A DNA stretch of 59,013 bases, counting the filler, from Sphacelaria rigidula (taxonomy: Eukaryota), in NCBI GenBank assembly GCA_964200075.2. It is 8 parts of 8 records of this genome, joined end to end, with 100 filler letters (N's around TTAATTAATTAA, not from the genome) between each part and the next. Parts side by side here need not be neighbours in the genome. Positions count along the whole stretch, not along the records: positions 44,336 to 51,624 come from CAXNAA020015613.1; positions 51,725 to 59,013 come from CAXNAA020015614.1; 6 more parts are not named here. One strand, 5' to 3'. Positions within the stretch are counted from its first letter, which is position 1. Each line of letters begins with the position of its first letter. The notes under the pieces are model-generated. The model had not been told where the DNA came from. It ran no database searches and saw only the letters and a program-made list of their open reading frames with translations. Of this stretch, positions 50,761 through 59,013 are shown piece by piece. The position numbers were made by a program, and so were the translations under genes.

Positions 50761-53532
50761 CACTAAGTCTGCATGTACGGACAGACACACGCACACAATA
50801 TAACATAAAAGCACACACATCTGCGGGGACAAGGTTCTCTAACACTCACACGAACACCACAACCTGGACAACGGGAAAACAACATTGGCAAAAAAGTGTA
50901 CGAGCTGGGCCAGCCTAGACACGGATTTAAGCTCTCAAAGCAGTATCTCGTCGACACGGACGAGTTGGGCCATGATCCGCATATTGTATTAATCGTCTGA
51001 CCAAGGGGAAGGTGCCCGCCCTTCTGCTCAAAATTTTGGGCCCAAATTTTCTCGTTGACTAAACCCCATGTCTAGTATTTCCTATACCTAAGGGAGATAG
51101 CGTCCATACTAAAATCTCTATGAAACCCCCGATCGATGCATTCAGCGGATGACGATTTTTGGTGTGGACATTCCCTGGAGCACGGGGAGACGATAGATAC
51201 CCTCACCTTCACCTCATTCGTAATCTATCTCAAGATATGGCGCACATAAGTTTCTATTCTAAAATCAGTATATTATAAGCAGATTCGCTAGATTAGCTAA
51301 ACCTGGATATCGTATCTCAGTTTTTGAGAGTAATGGTATAAAATTTCGTATGGAGAACCGCTAGTGCAAAATAAAGCTTGTGAACACAGCTTTTTCATTT
51401 TTTTTGTTTCTTTTACGTTTTTTTTCGGGTTTTTGGGGCAGTTTTGAGGAGAAATGAACATTGCTTTTGGGCCTCATCTCAATTTTTCAGCTCAATTTTT
51501 AGAATTGTAATTCAAAACTCAGGATAAATAACCACAGAGGTATGCCGAATAAAAAAAAAAAATAGGCCCTCAGTTTTTTTTTTTGAGAGGTTTGTGTTTT
51601 TTTTTAAATTATTTGAGTTTTCAANNNNNNNNNNNNNNNNNNNNNNNNNNNNNNNNNNNNNNNNNNNNTTAATTAATTAANNNNNNNNNNNNNNNNNNNN
51701 NNNNNNNNNNNNNNNNNNNNNNNNACGGGGTAAATGGTTTGTGGGCTTATGCTTGACTTTACCATTCTCCCCCCCCCCCCCCCGCCCCCCCCCTTCGGAG
51801 TTACGAATATTCAGCCTGTTGCTGATTTAAACAAGATCACTAGTCAAGTAAAAAAACGAAATTGTAGGAATTGTTTTTTCTCCAATTTGTGTTGGAGGTT
51901 TTGTTCACGAGCTTTGTTTGGTCGAGGAAAGGAAGGGTAGGCAGACGAAGCGCGAGGAAGATATTTTCATGATGTAAGGTTATATTGAGTGTATTTCATA
52001 TGCATGTAGCGTCATCCTACTGTGCAGTGGTGTGCGCACAATGGATGTTCGCACGGCTGTTCATGCGGCGGTGAAAGGGAGATGACGATGATGGCGGGCC
52101 CACAGCCGCTGGTCAGAGGCATTGCTCCCCTGTGTCTTGCTACAGGAGACACATCCACGCGAATCCAGTAAGTGGGGTAGGGAGCGGGGGCGGAGGGGGG
52201 GGGCACCCAGCCTGCTGTGCCCGAGTTTATTATCGAGCCGTTGGTGGATACGGTCAGCTGCCGTGTGCAGAGATCCTTAGCATGGAGACCGCTTCTATGA
52301 CGGAAACACCGCCCCTCCAAGCTCATCACCTACCATGATCACATTTATGGGATCATGTTCCGTGTCGTGTGCCTCGACTACCTACCACTAGTAGTCTGGG
52401 CAAATTTGGCGAGGCGAGAAATAATGTTGATACTTTGGCTACAGGCTGTCGCTACCGAGAGTAACAAAAAAGACGGTGCTCTGGAGGGCCGCGCATGCTC
52501 CGAATTCCCCCGGAGGGATGCGCGACCCTCCGAATGCAAAACAAGCCTCTGGAGGCGTTTAAGTCCTCTGGAGGCTCGAAAAGTTGACCGAAACACAGTA
52601 TTTTTGGGGGTAGCCGAATGGTCGCGTGTGTGAACGGCTACCAGCATATGAAGGAATGGAATCATATTTTGAAGATTTTATTATGAATACCAAGATTTTA
52701 ACCCTCTCCGAATTCTCATCCTGGATGAAAAGCTCCATCCTCAATTTCGATGATCGACTGTTTTAGGCCGCTGCTTTCAACAGACAAAAATGAAAATATG
52801 GAAAGGTGCGTTTTTGGAGCTTTCACGTCGTTTTACGCCCTAAAATAGAGCTAATCGGAGCTTGACACGTTGGAATGACTTGCTCTACTGATACAAACAG
52901 AATAGTATTGGCCACAGTGGTCGTTGTTTACATGCGTATCTCTACTGTGCGAGCCGATATCCTAGAGCGAACAAGCATCTAGTTAAGTCAAATCATGCGT
53001 AGACAATTGCGTGATGATTAATATATATCATGTTGAATATGCAGGAACACATTGAAAATACACCATCCTGATTGTGTATCAGTTCATTTCTAACTACTAT
53101 GCCAACCTTCATGCATCTGCACGTTGTCTGAATCAATCCTCGTTACAGTCTCACCGTTATGCCTGAAATTAGCGTAAGCTCACAGCACGTGGGTAAGTCC
53201 AATGCAGAACGATACACGACGAACGTCACGATATCTTGATCACCTCTTCAGGTTGATTCGATTTCTTTTCCTTTCTTGGTGGGATTTACCTCAGTACTCA
53301 AAAGAGAGTGAATCCCAGGGTCAGTTTGATCGATTCTAGTAAAGAACCGGATCCAACCAGATGTAAGGAGGCATGTTTATGCATTCCGTCTCTTGACGGA
53401 TTGCCTCCTTCACGCCTGATTGCGGCACTAGCCAGTTCCCGCAATCAGCCCTCCGGGCGTAATGTCCTTTTGAAACCGACGGCCCATCATCGTACTATCT
53501 CCATCCACCACGCCACGCCGCGATCCGTAACA

Positions 53533-53541
53533 CCCCCCCTC
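53533..53541 (-). promoter_or_regulatory. Polypurine tract
   Basis: GAGGGGGGG immediately before TGTTA of the 3' LTR. Confidence 0.85.
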
Positions 53542-53647
53542 AGTCCTAGGATTGAAAAACCCTGGGACTGAACGTGGTTTACACGATGGATCGCCGCGAT
53601 ACCATGTCCCTCTTCCCGAGTACTTGGTGTCTTGGTGTAGCCGTCGA

Positions 53648-53890
53648 TCTTGATAATCGTTCTGCTGGGTTAGACCGCGTAGGGCACTTCAACACCGCGC
53701 AGGAACGATTCTATCCCGCACGGGGGGGGGGGTCCGCTGTCTTGTAGACCGCTCTGCCGGGTTAGACCACGTAGGGAATTTCAACACCGTGCAGAAAAAT
53801 CTCGAACAGTCTCGGCAACTCCCGCTCTTATAGATCTCTCTGCCGGGTTAGACCACGTAGGGAATTTAAACACCGCACAGAAACGATCCC
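53648..53890. repeat. Three ~90-bp-period repeats in the 3' internal region of the LTR element
   Basis: tctgc(c/t)gggttagacc(a/g)cgtaggg...aacaccg at 53661, 53753, 53839. Confidence 0.85.
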
Positions 53891-54189
53891 ATCCAGTCCG
53901 GCGAAGTCCTTGATCTTGTTGACCGCTGTCTTCCGTTGGATGCAGCAGCCACTGCAACGTAGCATCGTCCTCGCACGCCACTCCAAGGCTTTCCCATACT
54001 TCATTCGATGCTGCCGGTTCGCTCCAGCCAGACAACCTTACTGTCGAGTCGTCACCAAGCGCGCTTGGCTTGACAGCACGGAAGAGGTTCAAAGTTGCCG
54101 AATCTCCTTGGCTGGTGAGGTGGTCGGTGCCAACAGCTCCGAGTTTTGAGGGACTGTTAGACACGAGCCGGACTCACGGCGCCTCCGGC

Positions 54190-54530
54190 GAAGGCCAAAA
54201 TCTCGATTGCCCTTCGGAAGATAGCGTGATCTTGTTTTTCCTTAAGAAACTCGCTGTCGGAATAAATCCATATGGTAATCCATGGACCACCCGGACCCAT
54301 ACCTTTATTAACTTATCCTTTGTGCGGAAAACAATAGTAATTACCGCTGACCCTAGAACTTTCATCTGAGGTATCTTACTGTTACTAGGGTTAGTGGACC
54401 TCAAAATTCCTGCTCCCTGCCGTTGTAATATGTTGTTATATTACCCCACGTTACCAACAACCTTCACGACTGTTTTCATGCATAGCTCCCCCCCTCTGCC
54501 CCGGTGCCCAGTAAACACCGTTACTGATGA
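54190..54530 (-). pseudogene. Decayed aspartic protease remnant
   Basis: RCLLGTGA (expected LLDTGA), then MKVLGSAVITI..VRVVHGLPYGFIPTASFLRKNKITL resembling the protease C-terminal LILG.xFL motif. Confidence 0.6.
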
Positions 54531-54793
54531 GCGGTGGCTACTCTTGCTGTGATGCCGAACTCCAGCTTGTACCCACAGCTGCTGTGCATCGTTCCTACTC
54601 GCTTTGGCTAAAATGGCGTTCGCGCTTCACCAGTATAACGATAGAGAACAAAGCAATAAAGGGGAACGAGAACGAAGGGAGCAGTAATATAACCGGACAA
54701 AACAGGTTCACGCGTGTGCATCTGGACAGGGTATCACGTGTCGGGGACAGCCAGGTATAAATTCATGGGCTCCCAAGGGAATTCTGGCTCCAT

Positions 54794-55260
54794 GTCAACC
54801 TGTTCGAACACACATGGGAAAATCCTGGCCACCTGCCGACCTGTTCGGACAGCATGGGAATTCCTGGATGCCTGCCGACCTGTTCGGGCACACATGGAAA
54901 ATCCTTGGTCCCCGTCAACCTGTTCGAAAACATACGGGAAATCCTGGATCCCCGTCAACCTGTCCGAAAACACATGGGAAATCCTGATTCCTATCAACCT
55001 GTTCGCATGCACGTGGGAAACTCCTGGCCACCTGTCAACCTGTTTGAACGCGCATGGGAAACTGCTGGCCACCTGTCAACCTGTTCGAAAACGCATGGGA
55101 AATCCTGGATCCGTGGCAAGCTGTTCGAGCACGTATGGGAAACTCCTGCCCCCCCGTCAACCTGTTCGAAAACGCATGGGAAATCCTGGATCCGTGGCAA
55201 GCTGTTCGAACACGTATGGGAAACTCCTGGCCCCCTGTCAACCTGTTCGAACAAGCATGG
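54794..55260. repeat. Minisatellite of ~12 units of 39-41 bp inside the LTR element
   Basis: Consensus gtcaacctgttcgaa.acgcatgggaaa(c)tcctgg(at)cc..; the last units form an 81-bp dimer. Confidence 0.95.
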
Positions 55261-56877
55261 TCTTGACATCTTGAGCCTTCGTCCTCGCCCATTTTCCTGT
55301 ATGCAATCAAATTCTGCTTGTTCGCTGTATGGTGCAAGCATATATATATCTATATATGTGGTTCATACAACTTCACATAACTCTCCATTTGTTTTACGCA
55401 TGCATAGCTCGCATGAACTTTTTGAAGATATCTACCAAGGGCGCAAACGATCGAACAGGGGGAACCACGTAGAGGTTACATCCATTCTCGATGACAAATA
55501 AAGCATTTGGGGCATTAACGGTTTGCCCCCCCGGACCAGGGGGTAGGGTAAATACTCCATGTTTCGTTCATTCAAGCCTCGCCATTTCCGTTCACGGCTA
55601 ATCGGTTTACATAGTACCGTGCCTGGTAGCATGTATGCACAACCAGTTTGACATTACGGTCACACGAGCAGTTTTTTGTGAATTTGTGAAGTATAGAGTA
55701 ACAATGACATTCTTTCACCGTCGCATCCGTGATCATGCAAGATATACTCTAGTATGTGGTTCGCGTTCCTAAAAGCATATCCTGTACTCGGTACTAGTTG
55801 TAGCCGACAACATCTCGATAGCTCCTGTGTATTTCTTCCACAGGCAGTTCGTTAACTCCCATCTGCTGGTTGATATCGCGTTCAGTAGTTTCACTCAGGC
55901 AACACGGCCATCACTACGTCATGTGTCCCCACAGTATATAGACTCGAATAAACAGTAACGGCAGAGGTTCTCCCGCATGCATAGTCCGACATTCGATATT
56001 CGCTGGTGATTCGGAACAGTTCTGTTCCCATAGTGAAATCACATTACTCATGCACTGTTAGACTGAGTACAAAGTCGACGATTTCATCGAGGAAATGGTG
56101 GAGGCCGTAAACGGTCAGTACCGTCATCCCGTATAGCCATATTGTAATAGCATCACAATGAAAAAAACGGTAGCATGTGGTAAAACCGAAGGGTGACATT
56201 CAACCCAATGTACGAAGACACAAGCGATTTTCTTCATCCAGCGGGTCTTGTCGAGTTTGAGTATGTGTGGAGCAGGATAGCGTGGTTCCATTTCAGCTGT
56301 ATCAAACTGCAAAATCGTGTTGTTTTGCTCCTTTCAGCTGCATTACACAGCAGAAAGCACATAGCAGCTGTTGCATGGAATTATTTAGCAAAGCAGTGTG
56401 GAGAGTCATGCAATCCTAGTATCCACCGTGACTCTACTCACTCAGGTCTACACGACAAGATTTGACCTGTCACGGCTATAAAGCAAGCATGGCGTTGTCT
56501 CATTACACGGCGAATTCAGAGCCTACAGAAAAACTGAGCAGCTGCGTTACACAGCAGAGCTCGGGCGTACAGCAGCTATGTCATCCAAAAAAACAGCGAA
56601 GCGGTGTAGAGAATCATTTCATCTCAGCGTCAACCGTCATGTAGTATATAAAGCAAGCACCAAGTTGTCTCATCTCACAGCTCCTTGCACGATCGGCTTT
56701 CACGTTTCGATCTTGTGCACTCACCCGTGAGAGCAAGTATTTATTTCAAGGCGTAAGGGAGATCGCACCGCTTCAACGTTTTCATTGCTCTGTGCGAAAG
56801 ATTGGACCTGCCACCGCGTGTAAGGCAAGTATAGCATAACATGGTCTTTTACGTGGTCGCAGGTGATACCCCCCCTA

Positions 56878-57129
56878 GGACACTTTCTACGATAGCCCCC
56901 CCCCCAAAACCAGCTGAAAGTGTCACGAAAACAATGGCCATACATCGCTCGATATTCGGGTTCAGGCTGCATGAAGCGCCTCATGTTGGCGACATTTGCT
57001 AGAACGAACACAAGCATGGGAATTCCCAACTTCTCGTCGTGCTCGACTTTTCCCCTTTCGATTTACGTGAAGATTTTGCCTGCCAAAACCATGCACTTTT
57101 GGGGGGGGGGGCTATCGTAGAAAGTTTCC
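56878..57129. mobile_element. MITE nested in the LTR element
   Basis: TA|ggacactttctacgatagc(c)n aaaa ... tttt(g)n ctatcgtagaaagtttcc|TA. Confidence 0.8.
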
Positions 57130-58026
57130 TAGCTTCATGTAACATCATGTTTCCCTGTGTACGCCTTCGTGCGCTTCACTCGCTATCTGTTTGGCGGTTT
57201 GCTTCTCGGTTACAACGTGTCAAGGCCAAAGCGAGGTTGGATAGCAGCAGATCGATGATAGTACTTGGGGCGGGAGATTGCACTTCAAATACCAGCTATC
57301 CTGTTGAATGCATATACATATGGCACCGCTGTCACGCAACATGCACCCCAAGCATCACTACATTGGCTCTTACCCAGATGAAGCATGAGGCAATCGTTAT
57401 CCAAACGGTATCCAGTAAACCGTGAAATGAATGCAAGCGGGTAGCACGATGTCTTCAGGCCGAGCCATCATTATCTTTCCTTCCCTTGGTTGTAGCTTGT
57501 CATGGCAGGGCAAAGTTGACTGATGACATCGCCAAGTTCTTCAAACACATGGACCCGAGTGATGGACGCAGTGCGGTCAGTTGAACTTTCAAATCCTCCG
57601 CAGTTATACTATAAAATGTATAGACTATACGGATATCTCATGTTGACTGTACGGTATGCAGCATGAACCCAACCTGAACAGCTGTAACTGCTGTTACGGG
57701 CGCACCCCAAACATCAAACTCAGTCGTTTGGCAATAACCGCTGCGCTAACGCTGTGGACACGCATCTTCAGGTGACGTAGGATAAACACAGCCAACAACG
57801 CGTTCAAGCACACACGAGATCGACCGAGGACCAGTTCGTTCATTCGTCATTCTCAGGCACCAAAATTCGTCGTCACATGCGGGGTTCTCGTGTGAGGCGA
57901 GCAACGAATCTTCATATATGGGGGCCGAAACATCACTGTGGTGTATGCGTTGATGAGGGAGCGCATGTCGGAAAATCGCAAGAAGAGTGATCAATATATC
58001 ACTCATGACAATAGTCGACACAATAA

Positions 58027-58043
58027 CCCCGGTTGAAGCACCA
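58027..58043 (-). promoter_or_regulatory. Primer binding site
   Basis: TGGTGCTTCAACCGGGG directly after the 5' LTR; starts with TGG, complementary to tRNA CCA; tRNA identity not determined. Confidence 0.85.
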
Positions 58044-58754
58044 TGATACAAACATAATAGTTTTGGTCAGTGTTGTTGTTGACATGCGTGTCTCTATTGA
58101 GCAAGTCGAGTACTAGGAGCAAAACAACAATAGCATTTCGGTCATGCAAGTTACGATGTCTCGCTAGCTCATGCATGATATGACTACCTTTACTATATGG
58201 TTACACATTTCACCATTCCATTTGTGCACAAAGCTCTTTTTACTATCATGTCGATCTTCTTGCACCTGCTCGTTGCCTGAATCAGCCTCGTTACACTCTC
58301 ACCATTATGCCTGAAATAAGCGTAAGCTCACAGCACGTGGGTAAGTCCAATGCAGAACGATACACGACGAACGTCACGATATCTTGATCACCTCTCCAGG
58401 CCGATTCGATTTCTCTTTTCCACTTGGTGGGGTTTAACTTGGCACTTCCAAGAAGTGAACCCCAGGGTGCTAGTCGAACCGATCCTTGTAAAGTACCGGA
58501 TCCAACCAGATGTAAAGAGGCATGTTTATGTGTTCCGTCTCTTGACGGAATATTTTTGCCTTTCACCCCTGATTGCGGTACTAGCCAGTTCCCGCAATCA
58601 GCCCTCCGGGCGCAATGTCGTTGTTTTGAAACCGACGGCCCATCATCGTACTGTCCTCATCCACCACGCCACGCTGCGATCCGTAACACTACTAGTTGGG
58701 GCAGTTTCAGGACATGTCCCCTGTTGCCGGTGGCGGCACTTTTTCAAGCGCAGA

Positions 58755-58955
58755 TCGAGTAGAGTATGGTCAATACTCAGTATTTTTGAAGAGCCACACG
58801 TTTAGTACTCAAAGTTTGAGTAGAGTATTTGAGGTCGTACTCAACCTACTCAAAATTTGAATAGAGTATTTGAGGCCTTACTCGACCTCCTCAAAATTTG
58901 AGTAGAGTATGGAGGTCATACTCAAGTGATACTCTATACTCGAGTAGTACTGAGA
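58755..58955. repeat. Short element built from tactc/gagta motifs in both orientations
   Basis: Repeated ttgagtagagtat and tactcaa motifs. Confidence 0.6.

Positions 58956-58958
<3 letters not shown>

Positions 58959-59013
<55 letters not shown>
58959..59013. repeat. (ATT)n microsatellite at contig end
   Basis: Direct reading. Confidence 0.97.

Larger units (their letters stand above)
52889..58688 (-). mobile_element. 5.8-kb non-autonomous gypsy-like LTR retroelement, structurally complete
   Basis: LTRs 58044-58688 (5') and 52889-53532 (3'), both TG...CA; PBS; PPT; 4-bp TSD CTAC at 52885-52888 and 58689-58692. Confidence 0.92.

Noticed and set aside
7291-51724. Exact 7389-bp periodicity of TTAATTAATTAA
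   Set aside because: Assembly artefact: size-sorted contigs joined by a synthetic linker. ORFs running into the Ns and any apparent gene neighbourhood across linkers are meaningless.
54794-55260. CRISPR-like array
   Set aside because: The variable parts are homologous to each other rather than unique spacers; no cas genes; lies inside a eukaryotic LTR element.

Overview
Repeat-dense eukaryotic DNA, probably a brown alga or related stramenopile (inferred from intron/exon style and transposon content). It is not one locus: eight unrelated contigs of 7289-7290 bp are joined by identical 100-bp linkers (44 N + TTAATTAATTAA + 44 N), so nothing can be inferred across linkers. The only clear host gene is a five-exon internal part of an HRQ1/RecQ4-like helicase (37219-43999, +) with a 490-codon low-complexity insertion. 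The rest is mobile DNA: a decayed Ty3/gypsy pol, a 5.8-kb non-autonomous LTR element with both LTRs, PBS, PPT and TSD, a tyrosine-recombinase (DIRS/Ngaro-type) fragment, tRNA-derived SINEs, (ATCA)n-tailed retroposon ends, and many nested MITE/foldback elements. The two most interesting signals are a probable decayed Fanzor1 (TnpB-derived RNA-guided nuclease) relic at about 15850-17490 (-), with a multi-stem segment downstream, and a dispersed family of variably 5'-truncated modules with a conserved fold that end at a poly(C) tract and match the region 3' of the tyrosine recombinase. No intact novel system could be demonstrated from sequence alone. All protein-family calls are by-eye motif recognition and have not been checked by search.
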